Origin: Dehalococcoidia bacterium
GTDB lineage: Bacteria; Chloroflexota; Dehalococcoidia; DSTF01; JACRBR01
Assembly (NCBI GenBank): GCA_035650575.1
Contig: DASRHM010000017.1
Location: 1,434 to 65,433, forward strand
Length of the DNA stretch: 64,000 nt
Direction of reading: 5' to 3'
The notes beneath the pieces are model-generated. The model had not been told where the DNA came from and did not search any database. It was given only the letters and a program-made list of their open reading frames with translations. Numbering within the stretch: the stretch's first letter is position 1; the number at the start of each line of letters is the position of its first letter. The translations under genes and the position numbers were made by a program. This document shows positions 19,165 through 28,872 of this stretch, in pieces.

Positions 19165-19913
19165 TAGCTGGTGTACGACGCCATGACGTCGTCGCTGAAT
19201 TCGGCGTTGAAGTAGACCTTCTGGACGTCCTCGAGCGCCTCCAGCTTCTCGACGAGGCGCAGCATCTGCACGGCTTCCTTCTCGTCGAGCTGGACGGTGG
19301 TCTTCGGGACGCGCGCGGTCTCGGCGGATTCGACCGGCACCTGGTGCTCCTCGAGCGCCTTCTTCACGGCCTCGAGGTCGCCGGGTTGGGTGTAGATGTC
19401 GATCTGGCCGTCGCTCACCTGCACGTCCTCGGCGCCGGCATCGATCGCGTAGAGCGCGACGTCGTCGGGGTCCTTGCCGTTCACGGGGACGCTGATGACG
19501 CCGCGCAAGTCGAAGTTCCAGGAGACCGACCCGGACTCGCCGAGCGAGCCGCCGGCGCGCGCGAAGACGTTGCGCACCTCGGCGACGGTGCGGTTCCGGT
19601 TGTCGGTCGCGGCCTCGACGATGACAGCGGTGCCGCCAGGGCCGAAGCCCTCGTACGAGACCTCGGCGAGGTCCGCGCCCTCGCCGCCGCCGGTCGCGCG
19701 CTTGATCGCGCGGTCGATGTTCTCGGCGGGCATGTTGTTCTCGCGCGCCTTCTGGACGGCGAGGCGGAGGCGGAAGTTGGCGTTGGGGTCGGGGCCGCCG
19801 GCCTTGGCGGCGATGATGATCTCCTTCACGAGCTTGGTGAAGAGCTGGCCTCGCTGGGCGTCGGCGACGCCCTTCTGTCGCTTAATCTGCGACCATTTCG
19901 AATGGCCGGACAT
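19164..19913 (-). CDS. yebC: YebC/PmpR family protein
   Basis: MSGHSKWSQIK, GGPDPNAN, NMPAENIDRAI, YEGFGPGG, DNRNRT. Confidence 0.97.
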   Translation of the reverse strand: MSGHSKWSQIKRQKGVADAQRGQLFTKLVKEIIIAAKAGGPDPNANFRLRLAVQKARENNMPAENIDRAIKRATGGGEGADLAEVSYEGFGPGGTAVIVEAATDNRNRTVAEVRNVFARAGGSLGESGSVSWNFDLRGVISVPVNGKDPDDVALYAIDAGAEDVQVSDGQIDIYTQPGDLEAVKKALEEHQVPVESAETARVPKTTVQLDEKEAVQMLRLVEKLEALEDVQKVYFNAEFSDDVMASYTS

Positions 19914-20099
19914 GGTACTGCGATGCCCTCCTGTGTTGGAACGCCGGTATGGTAGCAGATGCCCGATCGGCGGCTTTGCGGCGGTCCCGCACCTCGCGAC
20001 GCGACGCAGTCCGCCGATGGCGATGTGGGACAGCCTCAGGCCGCCCGGTCACCAGGAGGGAGCGGACGGTGCGTCCGGAGCGCCGCGCGTGAATCGAGA

Positions 20100-21035
20100 C
20101 TATGCGCGTTTGGCGGGCGCCGGTCCGCGGTCGGCGGCGGGGGCGAGGTAGGTCGCGAGCCCCTCGCGCAGCGGCGTCAGCCTGGGGTGAAGCACGTCCA
20201 GAAGGCGGGCGTTGTCGGCGACGGCCGGTCCGGTGATGAAGTCAATGGCGTCGGCGCTGAGCGGTGGCCCGGGGAGCATGCCGGCGAGCGTGCCGATCGC
20301 CTTGCCAAGCGCGGCGGGCTGGTGCAGGATCGGTCTCTTCTTGCCCTCGACCTCGAGGGCGGTGCGGACTACGTCGTTCATGGACATGACTTCGGGGCCG
20401 CCGCCCTCGAGGACCTGCCCTGCGGCTTCGGGCGCGAGGGCGCAGGCGGCGATGATGCGCGCGAGGTCGTCGACGAAGATCGGCTGCATCTGCTGGTTGC
20501 CGTCGCCGAACATGGGGATGAACGGGAGCCGCTTGCCGAAGCCGAGGAAGCGGTTGAGCGAGACGTCGCCGGGGCCGTACACCCACGTGGGCCGCACGAT
20601 CACCCACTCGAGGCCGCTGTCCTGCAGGTACTTCTCGGCCTCCCACTTGTACCGGAACCAGTGGTGCTCGGCGTCGCGGGCGGCGCCGACGCCGCTGACG
20701 TAGACGAAGCGCCGGACGCCGGCGTCCTTCGCGGCGTCGACCTGGCGGCGCGTGCCCTTGAGGTCGATCTCCTCGAACGTCCAGCCCCGGCGCGGGTTCT
20801 CGATCGGGGAGTTGGGGAACTGCACCGCGTTGACGACAACGTCGATGCCTTGCATGGCGGCGCGCAGGCGCTCGGGGTCGCGCACATCGGCCTCGCGCGC
20901 GTCCACGCGGTCTTCGAAACGCTCGCGGATCCTGGCGGCGCTGCGGCCGAGCACCGCTACCCGCTCGCCGCGCGTAAGCAACTCGCGCACCACCGCCGAC
21001 CCGACGAATCCGGTCCCGCCTGAAACGAGGATCAT
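20100..21035 (-). CDS. NAD-dependent epimerase/dehydratase (complex I NDUFA9-like)
   Basis: ILVSGGTGFVG, YFRYKWEAE-type motif (WFRYKWEAE), IVRPTWVYG, QPIFVDDLA. Confidence 0.87.
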   Translation of the reverse strand: MILVSGGTGFVGSAVVRELLTRGERVAVLGRSAARIRERFEDRVDAREADVRDPERLRAAMQGIDVVVNAVQFPNSPIENPRRGWTFEEIDLKGTRRQVDAAKDAGVRRFVYVSGVGAARDAEHHWFRYKWEAEKYLQDSGLEWVIVRPTWVYGPGDVSLNRFLGFGKRLPFIPMFGDGNQQMQPIFVDDLARIIAACALAPEAAGQVLEGGGPEVMSMNDVVRTALEVEGKKRPILHQPAALGKAIGTLAGMLPGPPLSADAIDFITGPAVADNARLLDVLHPRLTPLREGLATYLAPAADRGPAPAKRA

Positions 21036-21137
21036 CGTGCGCACCCTCCTCGATTGCCCGTCCGTGACGGCTCCGCATCAAGGTATGCGCAGGGGCGCGA
21101 CGACGGGATCACCCGGCGGAGCCTGCGTGCGCGGGCG

Positions 21138-21941
21138 CTACAGGTGCGTCGTCAGGCCGCCATCGACGAACAGCACCTGGCCGGTGATGTAGCCGCAGGC
21201 ATCGGAGGCGAGGTAGACGGCGAGCGCGCCGAGCTCGTCCGCGGCGCCGGCGCGCTTCATCGGCACGAAGCGCACGGTCTGGTTCGCGGCCGGGTCGGGG
21301 TTGCCGATCGCCGGCGTGTGCTCCATCCATCCCTGCGCGATGGCGTTGACGGTGATGCCGTGCGGGCCCCATTCCTGGGCGAGCGCGCGCGTGAGGTTGA
21401 GGATGCCGCCCTGCGCGGCGCAGTAGGCGGCGCTGTTCGCCATCCCGCGCTCGCCGAGCGCGGACGCGACGTTGATCACCCGCCCGCCGCCCTGCTTCAG
21501 CATTTCCTTGCCGGCCGCGCGGCAGGCGTGGAAGGTGCCGCTGAGGTTGACCTGCATGACGCGGTTCCACTCGATGTCGGTCGTCGCCTCCGCGGGCTTG
21601 CCGAGATAGAGGTCCGGGGCGTTGACGACGATATCGATCCGGCCGAGGTCCTTCGCGGCCTGGCGCACCATCACCTGGACGCCGGTGCCCAGCGTGATGT
21701 CGGCGGTGACGGTCGAGGACTGGCGCCCCATCTTCGCGAGGTCCTGCTGCACCTTCTTCGCGCGCATCACCTCATCGCCGTCGGTGCTCGTCGCGGAGAC
21801 GATGACGTCGGCGCCCGCTTCGCCGAGCGCGCGCGCGATCGCGGCGCCGGCGGCGTTGCCGGCGCCGATCACGAGCGCCTTCTTGCCGGCGAGGTCGAAG
21901 GCGTCGAGGCCGAGGCGGACGTCGCCCCACTCGTTCTTCAC
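21138..21941 (-). CDS. SDR-family protein with degenerate catalytic motif (YxxxQ)
   Basis: GTG at 21941 overlaps the upstream TGA; GAGNAAG, GRIDIVVN, VNLSG, YCAAQGG, ITGQVLFVDGG. Confidence 0.85.
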   Translation of the reverse strand: MKNEWGDVRLGLDAFDLAGKKALVIGAGNAAGAAIARALGEAGADVIVSATSTDGDEVMRAKKVQQDLAKMGRQSSTVTADITLGTGVQVMVRQAAKDLGRIDIVVNAPDLYLGKPAEATTDIEWNRVMQVNLSGTFHACRAAGKEMLKQGGGRVINVASALGERGMANSAAYCAAQGGILNLTRALAQEWGPHGITVNAIAQGWMEHTPAIGNPDPAANQTVRFVPMKRAGAADELGALAVYLASDACGYITGQVLFVDGGLTTHL

Positions 21942-22753
21942 AGCCGGACCTCCGGCGCGAAGCCCATCGGGGCGAGGCCGCCCGCGAGGCCGCCGCCATC
22001 GATCACGAAGCCCTGGCCGGTGACGTAGCTCGAGGCGTCGGACGCGAGGAAGATGGCGAGCGGGCCGAGCTCCCAGGCGTAGCCGAGGCGCTGCGCCGGG
22101 AGGTAGCGGCCGCGCGTCTGCGCGAAGATGGCGGACTGCTCGTCGCGCGGCGGCGCCTGCGACACGAACCCGGGGATGATGCAGTTCACGCGGATGCCGT
22201 GCTTCTGCAGCATCGTCGAGAGCGACTTCGTGAGGGCGATGACGCCCGCCTTCGCCGCGCCGTAGCCGAAGCTCATCGGGTAGGCGCGCAGGGCGGTGCC
22301 GGAAGCGAGGTTGATGATCGTGCCGCCGTGTCCTTCGGCGACCATCTGCTTCGATGCCGCGCGCGCGCAGTAGAAGGCGCTCGAGAGATTGACGTCGAGC
22401 GTGTCGTGCCAGTCGTCGTCGTTCACGTCCCAGAGCTCGGCGTTGGCGCCGCGCATGTCGCCGATGCCGGCGTTCGACAGCATGATGTCGAGCCGGCCGA
22501 ATTCCTGCGCGGCACGGGCGATCAACGCATCGCACTGCGCGGAGTCGCGCACGTCCGTCGGCTGGGCGACCGCGCGCCGGCCGAGGGCGCGGATGTCGCC
22601 GGTGGTGCGGTCGATCTGCGAGGCGGTGCGCGCGGCACAGACGACGTCGGCGCCGGCCTCGGCGAGGGCGAGCGCCATCTGGCGGCCGAGGCCGCGGCCC
22701 GCGCCGGTGACGATCGCGACCTTGCCATCGAGCCTCAGGCGCTCGAGGACCAC
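21938..22753 (-). CDS. Classical SDR oxidoreductase
   Basis: VTGAGRGLG, NAG, YGAAKAG, VTGQGFVIDGG; GTG at 22753 follows AAGGAG, and TACAAT -10 lies at 22785-22790. Confidence 0.9.
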   Translation of the reverse strand: MVLERLRLDGKVAIVTGAGRGLGRQMALALAEAGADVVCAARTASQIDRTTGDIRALGRRAVAQPTDVRDSAQCDALIARAAQEFGRLDIMLSNAGIGDMRGANAELWDVNDDDWHDTLDVNLSSAFYCARAASKQMVAEGHGGTIINLASGTALRAYPMSFGYGAAKAGVIALTKSLSTMLQKHGIRVNCIIPGFVSQAPPRDEQSAIFAQTRGRYLPAQRLGYAWELGPLAIFLASDASSYVTGQGFVIDGGGLAGGLAPMGFAPEVRL

Positions 22754-22988
22754 CGGATGCTGCTCCTTCGCTGTATGCGGGAGCATTGTAGTGATGCGGC
22801 CGTTGTGCGCTATCGGCGCGCCTGCCGGGGCGCGGAAGCCTTGGGTCGCACAGCGGCGACCTTCAGCAGCGCCCTTCTGGCACCGAAGCTGGAGGCTGGA
22901 TGCTCGATCGCGGGAACGCCATCGCCGCTTATCTGCGAAATCGGCGTACTCTGCGGGCGCGAGGGGCTCTAGCGAAAGGTGCAGTGGG

Positions 22989-23804
22989 ATGACATCGGAA
23001 GCGACCGGTATGGAGCCGGCGAACGTCGTGACGGAGGACGTGGGCGCGGTGCGGGTGCTGCGCATCAACCGGCCGGAGGTACGGAACTGTGTGAACGCGG
23101 AGACCGCACTGGGTATCGGCCGGGCGATCGATGCGTTCGCGGCGGACGAGCATGCGCGCGTGCTCGTCGTCACGGGCGCGGGCGACCGGGCGTTCTGCGC
23201 CGGGTACGACCTGAAGAGCGGCGGTGGCGTGTGGGAGCACGAGTACTCGGACAAGGCCGGGCCGATGGGGTTCGCGCGGCTCGACCCGGGCAAGCCGACG
23301 ATCGCGGCGGTCAACGGCTTCGCGTTCGCGGGCGGATTCGAGCTCGCGGCGTGGTGCGACTTCCGCATCGCGGCGGCGAACGCCGAGTTCGGCTGCCTCT
23401 CGCGACGGTGGGGCGTGCCCTATACCGACGGCGGGACGCAGCGCTTCGCGCGGATCATGGGCACGGGGAACGCGCTCTACGCACTGATGACCGGCGCGCG
23501 CTTCGACGCGCGGCACGCGTACGAGATGGGGTTCGTGCAGGAAGTGGTGCCCGAGGGCCAGGCGCTCGACCGCGCGCTCGAGCTGGGACGGATCATCGCG
23601 TCGTACCCGAACTTCGCGGGCATCTGCGCCGACCGGCGCGCCCTGCTGCACGGGCTGTCGCTCGACCTCGACGAGGGGTTGCTGCTGGAGGCGTCGATCG
23701 TGCGCCCGACGTGCGCCTCGCCGGAGATGCGCGAGGGGCTGCGCCGCTTCGCATCCGGCGCGCGCGACGAGTCGCCGCGGCCGATTGCGCCCGGGCGAGC
23801 TTGA
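22989..23804 (+). CDS. Enoyl-CoA hydratase/isomerase family protein
   Basis: INRPEVRN, AFCAGYDL, IAAVNGFAFAGGFELA, DGGTQR. Confidence 0.92.
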   Translation: MTSEATGMEPANVVTEDVGAVRVLRINRPEVRNCVNAETALGIGRAIDAFAADEHARVLVVTGAGDRAFCAGYDLKSGGGVWEHEYSDKAGPMGFARLDPGKPTIAAVNGFAFAGGFELAAWCDFRIAAANAEFGCLSRRWGVPYTDGGTQRFARIMGTGNALYALMTGARFDARHAYEMGFVQEVVPEGQALDRALELGRIIASYPNFAGICADRRALLHGLSLDLDEGLLLEASIVRPTCASPEMREGLRRFASGARDESPRPIAPGRA

Positions 23805-23860
23805 GGGCGTCCGCAGGTTTCGCAGAGGGCTCGGGATGGGGACGTCGAGGGAGGATGCAC

Positions 23861-23909
23861 GATGGAGGATGGAGGGTGGAAGATGGAAGATGGAAGATGG
23901 AAGGTGGAA
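23861..23909 (+). repeat. 7 x 7-nt tandem repeat (GRTGGAR) between convergent genes
   Basis: gatggag gatggag ggtggaa gatggaa gatggaa gatggaa ggtggaa. Confidence 0.9.
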
Positions 23910-24040
23910 GAGGACGCCCGATGGGCGAGGCGCGGCGCGGCTGATCTCGTTCCCAGCGTCGATCTTCCTGCTTCGGCGGAGATCAGCGCGAAGGCCCTGT
24001 CGAGGCCTGGAACGGCGCCGGCTGAAAGGAGGCCCGCCCG

Positions 24041-25186
24041 CTACCCCTGCGCGATCTGGTAGGACTTGCCCTCGGTCTTGATCGAGGGGGCGATGACCAT
24101 CTCCGTCTTCTGGAAGTCGCGGATGGTGCGCGCGCCGCAGGTGCCCATGGCGGTGCGCAGGGCGCCGACGAGGTTCTCGCGGCCGTCCGTGCGGGACGTG
24201 GGCCCGAAGAGCGTGCGCTCGACGGTGGTGTCGATCGCGACCTTCACGCGCGTGCCGCGCGGCAGCTCGCCGTGCGGCGTCGCCATGCCCCAGTGGTGGC
24301 CGCGCCCGGGAGCCTCTTCGGCGGCGGCGAGGATCGAGCCGAGCATGACGGCATCGGCGCCGGCGGCGAAGGCCTTGCACATGGCACCGCCGTTGCTCAC
24401 GCCGCCGTCGGTGATGATCGGGACGTAGCGGCCGGTCTCGCGGTAGTAGGTGTCGCGGGCGGCGGCCGCGTCGATCGTCGCGGTGACCTGCGGGACGCCG
24501 ATGCCGAGCACTTCGCGGCTGGTGCAGGCGGCGCCGGGGCCGACGCCGATGAGCACGCCGGCGATGCCGGTCTCCATCAGCTCCTTGGTGGCGGCGAACG
24601 TGACGGTATTGCCGACGACGACCGGCACGTCGCGCATGTTCTCGACCAGCTCGTCGAAGATGAGGCCCTTCTCGGACCGGCTGATGTGGCGCGCGCTGGT
24701 GACGGTCGACTGCACGACGAAGACGTCGACGCCGGCATCGCGCGCGATGGGCGCGAACTTCTTCGTGTTCATCGGCGTGCAGGATACGGCGGCGACGCCG
24801 CCGCGCTGCTTGATCTGGCGCACGCGCTCGCCGATGAGCTCGGGCTTCATCGGCGCGGAGTAGATCTTCTGCATCAGGGCAGTGACTTCGCCCTTTGGGG
24901 CGGCGGCGATCTCGGCGAGGACGGGGGCGGGGTCGTCGTAGCGGGTCTGCACGCCCTCGAGGTTGAGGACGGCGAGGCCGCCGAGCTTCGAGAAGCGGAC
25001 GGCCATATCGACATCGACCACGCCGTCCATGGCGGCGGCGACGAACGGGAGCTGGAAGTCCAGGTGCCCCAGCTTGAAGGAGAGCTCGACGAGGTCGGGG
25101 TTGATGGTGTGATGTCCGCCGGGGACGATGGCGACCTCATCGAACCCGTACGCGCGCCGCATCTGCTTGAACTGGGGCTGGGACAT
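24041..25186 (-). CDS. guaB: GuaB3-family IMP dehydrogenase-related protein (no CBS domains)
   Basis: RRAYGFDEVAIVP, AAMDGV, NLEGVQTRY, GVGPGAACTSREVLGIGVPQ, ITDGG, WGMATP...LPRGT. Confidence 0.9.
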   Translation of the reverse strand: MSQPQFKQMRRAYGFDEVAIVPGGHHTINPDLVELSFKLGHLDFQLPFVAAAMDGVVDVDMAVRFSKLGGLAVLNLEGVQTRYDDPAPVLAEIAAAPKGEVTALMQKIYSAPMKPELIGERVRQIKQRGGVAAVSCTPMNTKKFAPIARDAGVDVFVVQSTVTSARHISRSEKGLIFDELVENMRDVPVVVGNTVTFAATKELMETGIAGVLIGVGPGAACTSREVLGIGVPQVTATIDAAAARDTYYRETGRYVPIITDGGVSNGGAMCKAFAAGADAVMLGSILAAAEEAPGRGHHWGMATPHGELPRGTRVKVAIDTTVERTLFGPTSRTDGRENLVGALRTAMGTCGARTIRDFQKTEMVIAPSIKTEGKSYQIAQG

Positions 25187-25369
25187 GGTTCGGACCTCCA
25201 ATTGCTGCCGCCGGGCCTGCCCGCCTTGGGTGCTCTTGTGGTCCCCGTCCCGCCTCTCCGCCGTGCGGCGGATATAGCGCGATCGAGGCCGGCGGAGGTT
25301 TCCTACCGGTTCTGCGTCCTGCTACATGCTGACTCACTCTGGCGCCCCGAAGCGCGAGGGGTTTTATCG

Positions 25370-25399
25370 AGTCTAACGCCCGGCGAGTTGGGGGGTCAA
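25370..25399 (-). promoter_or_regulatory. Sigma70-type promoter of guaB3
   Basis: Minus strand TTGACC (25399-25394), 18-nt spacer, TAGACT (25375-25370); implies a 5' UTR of about 175 nt. Confidence 0.6.
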
Positions 25400-25758
25400 C
25401 CGATCCGGAGATGAAAATCGTAAAAAGTCTGTGCGGTTGACCATTTCCCCGAGCAGATTCTGCATTCCGTCCCTCCCGCGGCAGGGCTCGGACGCGGTCC
25501 TAGAGCGCGCGGGCCGATGGAGGCACGGGCCGGGCACGAGCCGAGCTGGCGTTGCCGGGCGCCCGTGCGCAGCGCCGGCGACCGTCGGGCAGGCCCGCCG
25601 GGGGCGCGACGTACGCGGGCACGCGCCGCCTGCAGCGGGCCGTCGCTCAGGGCGTCGCGGCGACTGAGGAGTAGCGCGTGGGGTGAGCGCGGACGGCGGG
25701 GCGGTGTGGTACAGAAGAACGCGCATCGCGGCGGGACGCGCGCGGAAGGAGGACCGAA

Positions 25759-26244
25759 ATGGAGCCGTTCAGGATCTGCCTCTGGTTCGACGACGAGGCC
25801 GAAGAGGCGGCGAATTTCTACACGAGCGTCTTCGAGGATTCGCGGATCCTGGGTACGGAGCGCTATCCGGAGGCGGCGGAGGAGGTATCGGGCAAGAAGG
25901 CGGGCAGCGTGATGACCGTCGAGTTCGAGGTCAACGGCATGCGGTTCGTCGGGCTGAACGGCGGGCCGCAGTTCACGTTCAACGAGTCGGTGTCCTTCAT
26001 GATCGAGTGCGAGGACCAGCGACAGGTGGACTACTACTGGCAACGGCTCACGGACGGCGGCGAGGAGAGCGCGTGCGGCTGGCTGAAGGACCGCTTCGGG
26101 GTGTCCTGGCAGGTGGTGCCGAAGCGCCTCAACGAACTGCTGCGCGACGGCGACCCCGCGAAGGTCGAGGCGGTGACCGCGGCGTTCCTGCAGATGCGCA
26201 AGCTGGACATCGCGGCGCTCGAGCAGGCGTACCGGGCGGCGTAG
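25759..26244 (+). CDS. VOC family, PhnB / 3-demethylubiquinone-9 3-methyltransferase-like protein
   Basis: CLWFDDEAEEAANFY, LNGGPQFTFNESVSF, CGWLKDRFGVSWQVVP, MRKLDI. Confidence 0.92.
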   Translation: MEPFRICLWFDDEAEEAANFYTSVFEDSRILGTERYPEAAEEVSGKKAGSVMTVEFEVNGMRFVGLNGGPQFTFNESVSFMIECEDQRQVDYYWQRLTDGGEESACGWLKDRFGVSWQVVPKRLNELLRDGDPAKVEAVTAAFLQMRKLDIAALEQAYRAA

Positions 26245-26293
26245 CGCCGGCGCGAACGTGGTGCGCGCCCGCGCGGTCTGCGACGCTGTGCGC

Positions 26294-27181
26294 GTGGGCA
26301 GGCTCTATCTCGTCGCGACACCGATCGGGAACTTCGAGGACATCACGCTGCGGGCGCTGCGGGTGCTGCGCGAGGCGCCGCTGATCGCCGCCGAGGACAC
26401 GCGCGAGGCGCGCAAGCTGCTCGCACACTTCGGGATCACCGGCAGGCGGCTGACCAGCTACAACGAGCACAACGCCGCCGCGAAGACGCGCACGCTGCTC
26501 GAGGCGCTCGACGCGGGCGACGTCGCGCTGGTGAGCGACGCCGGGATGCCGGGGATCAGCGACCCGGGGCACGACCTGGTGCGGGCGGCGGTCGAAGCGG
26601 GGCATGCGGTCGTGCCGGTGCCGGGCGCGTCGGCGGTGCTCTCGGCCGTAGCGGCGAGCGGGCTGCCCTCGCGACGATTCCACTACCTGGGCTTCCTGCC
26701 GCGGACGCGCGGCCCGCGGCGGCGCGCCCTGCGGGAGGCCGCGGCGGGCGGCGACACGCTCGTGATCTTCGAGTCACCGCACCGCGTGCGGGCGACGCTG
26801 GAGGACGTGCGGGACGCGCTCGGCGACCCGCGGATCGCGGTCTGCCGCGAACTGACGAAGCTGCACGAGGAGATCTGGCGCGGCCGGGCGGGCGAGGCGC
26901 TCGCGCGCTTCACGGCGCCGCGCGGCGAGTTCACGATCGTGATCGACGGGTCGCCGGCGCCGCCCGGACGGGACGCGGAGGGTGGCGCGGCGCCGGTCGA
27001 GTCGAGCATCGCCGCGCTGCGCGACGGCGGCGCTTCCGCGAAGGACGCGGTGGCGGCGCTGATGCGCGAGCACGGGCTGTCGCGGCGCGACGCGTACGCC
27101 GCGTGGCTGCGCGCGACGAAGCGCCGGCGTGGCGCCGAGGCGCGCCGCGCGGCCGGCGACCGAAGGAACGCCAGCCGATAG
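26294..27181 (+). CDS. rsmI: 16S rRNA (cytidine1402-2'-O)-methyltransferase
   Basis: LYLVATPIGN..DITLRAL, AEDTR, VSDAGMPGISDPG, FESPHR, RELTKLHEE, RGEFTIVI. Confidence 0.95.
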   Translation: MGRLYLVATPIGNFEDITLRALRVLREAPLIAAEDTREARKLLAHFGITGRRLTSYNEHNAAAKTRTLLEALDAGDVALVSDAGMPGISDPGHDLVRAAVEAGHAVVPVPGASAVLSAVAASGLPSRRFHYLGFLPRTRGPRRRALREAAAGGDTLVIFESPHRVRATLEDVRDALGDPRIAVCRELTKLHEEIWRGRAGEALARFTAPRGEFTIVIDGSPAPPGRDAEGGAAPVESSIAALRDGGASAKDAVAALMREHGLSRRDAYAAWLRATKRRRGAEARRAAGDRRNASR

Positions 27182-27193
27182 AATGGCCGCGGA

Positions 27194-28870
27194 TTGAGCG
27201 CCGCAAACGAACCGCGGAACGTCCTCGTCGCCGTCGCGTGGCCCTACGCGAACGGCTCGCTGCACCTCGGCCACATCGCCGGGGCGTACCTGCCGGCGGA
27301 CATCTTCGCGCGCTACCACCGGATGGCGGGCGACCGGGTGCTGATGCTCTCCGGCTCGGACCAGCACGGTACGCCGGTGACCGTGCGGGCGGACAACGAG
27401 GGGCGGACGCCGCAGGAAGTGATCGACCAGTTCCACCCTGAGTTCCTGCGCTACTGGGAGGAGCTGGGGATCTCATTCGACATCTTCACGACGACCGGCA
27501 CGAAGAACCACGAGGAGGTCGTGCACGACTTCTTCCTGAAGCTGCTCAGGGCGGGCCACATCTACAAGGGGACGACGCAGCAATTCTTCGACCCGCAGGC
27601 AGGGCGGTTCCTTCCGGACCGATATGTCGAGGGGACGTGCCCGCACTGCGGGTACGAGAAGGCGCGCGGCGACCAGTGCGACAACTGCGGCCGCACGCTC
27701 GACCCGGACCAGCTCATCGCGCCGCGCAGCCGGCTGACCGGCGCGGTGCCGGAGATGCGCGACACCGAGCACTTCTTCTTCCGTCTGAGCGCCTTCCAGC
27801 AGCCGCTGCTCGAGTGGCTGCGCTCGCGCCAGGGCTGGCGCAAGCACGTGCAGAACATGAGCATCGGCTGGTGCGAGGAGGGTCTGCTCGACCGGTCGAT
27901 CACGCGCGACCTCGAGTGGGGGGTGAGCATCCCGGTCGAGGACCTGGGGCCGGGGAAGCGCATCTACGTGTGGTTCGAGGCGTTCATCGGGTACGTATCC
28001 GCCGCGAAGGAGTGGGCGCGGCGCGAGGGTGCGCCGGACGCGTGGAAGGCGTGGTGGGAGGACGCCGACGCGCTGACGTACTACTTCATCGGCAAGGACA
28101 ACATCTTCTTCCACACGATCTTCTGGCCGGCGGTGCTGATGGCCTACGGCGGCCTGAACCTGCCGACGGACGTGCCCGCGAACCAGTACGTGACGTTCAA
28201 GGGCGAGAAGGCATCGAAGAGCGAGGGGGTCGGCGCGTCCGTGCTGACCTACCTCGAGCGCTACCAGGCGGACGCGATCCGCTACGCGCTGGCGGCGAAC
28301 CTGCCGGAGAACGCGGACACCGACCTCACCGAGGCCGAGATCGTCCGCCGGAACAACGACGAGCTCGTCGCGACGTGGGGCAACCTGGTGAACCGCGTGC
28401 TGACGATGACCTACCGGAACTTCGGGGGGCGCGTGCCGGACACGGGGTCGCTGGACCACCGCGACGAGGCGCTGATCGACGCCGGCCGGACGATGGTGCA
28501 TCAGTGCGGCGAACTCATCGAGGCGGTCCACCTGAAGGCGGCGCTCGGCGCGGCGATGGCGTACGCGCAGGAGGTCAACGCCTACCTGAACGAGACTGAG
28601 CCGTGGAAGACGGCGAAGACGGACCCTGCGCGGACGGGAACGTCCCTCTACGTGGCCCTCTGTGCTATAAACGCTCTGAAAATCGCGCTCGCGCCGTTCT
28701 TGCCGTTCTCGAGCCGCAAGGTGCACGAGTACCTTGGCTACGCGGGCGACGTCGCCGCGGCGGGATGGGAGGCGCGGCGCCTGGAGCCAGGGACGGAGCT
28801 CATCGCACCGGAGCCCCTCTTCCGCAAGATCGAGACCGGCGTCGAAGGGGAGGCGCGCCTTCCGGCGTGA
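27194..28870 (+). CDS. metG: Methionine-tRNA ligase (zinc knuckle, no EMAP domain)
   Basis: AWPYANGSLHLGH, SGSDQHGT, CPHC..GDQCDNC, YVWFEA-type motif, GKDNIFFH, KASKS; TTG start. Confidence 0.96.
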   Translation: MSAANEPRNVLVAVAWPYANGSLHLGHIAGAYLPADIFARYHRMAGDRVLMLSGSDQHGTPVTVRADNEGRTPQEVIDQFHPEFLRYWEELGISFDIFTTTGTKNHEEVVHDFFLKLLRAGHIYKGTTQQFFDPQAGRFLPDRYVEGTCPHCGYEKARGDQCDNCGRTLDPDQLIAPRSRLTGAVPEMRDTEHFFFRLSAFQQPLLEWLRSRQGWRKHVQNMSIGWCEEGLLDRSITRDLEWGVSIPVEDLGPGKRIYVWFEAFIGYVSAAKEWARREGAPDAWKAWWEDADALTYYFIGKDNIFFHTIFWPAVLMAYGGLNLPTDVPANQYVTFKGEKASKSEGVGASVLTYLERYQADAIRYALAANLPENADTDLTEAEIVRRNNDELVATWGNLVNRVLTMTYRNFGGRVPDTGSLDHRDEALIDAGRTMVHQCGELIEAVHLKAALGAAMAYAQEVNAYLNETEPWKTAKTDPARTGTSLYVALCAINALKIALAPFLPFSSRKVHEYLGYAGDVAAAGWEARRLEPGTELIAPEPLFRKIETGVEGEARLPA

Positions 28871-28872
28871 GC

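Noticed and set aside
21138-23368. ORF-track entries 21138-22535 and 21938-23368 as single large proteins
   Set aside because: Each is an SDR with a spurious Arg/Ala-rich upstream extension; the supported starts are GTG 21941 and GTG 22753.
25271-25335. Purine-riboswitch-like string (gtttcctaccgg) upstream of guaB3
   Set aside because: It is on the strand opposite guaB3, and the P2/P3 kissing-loop consensus is absent.
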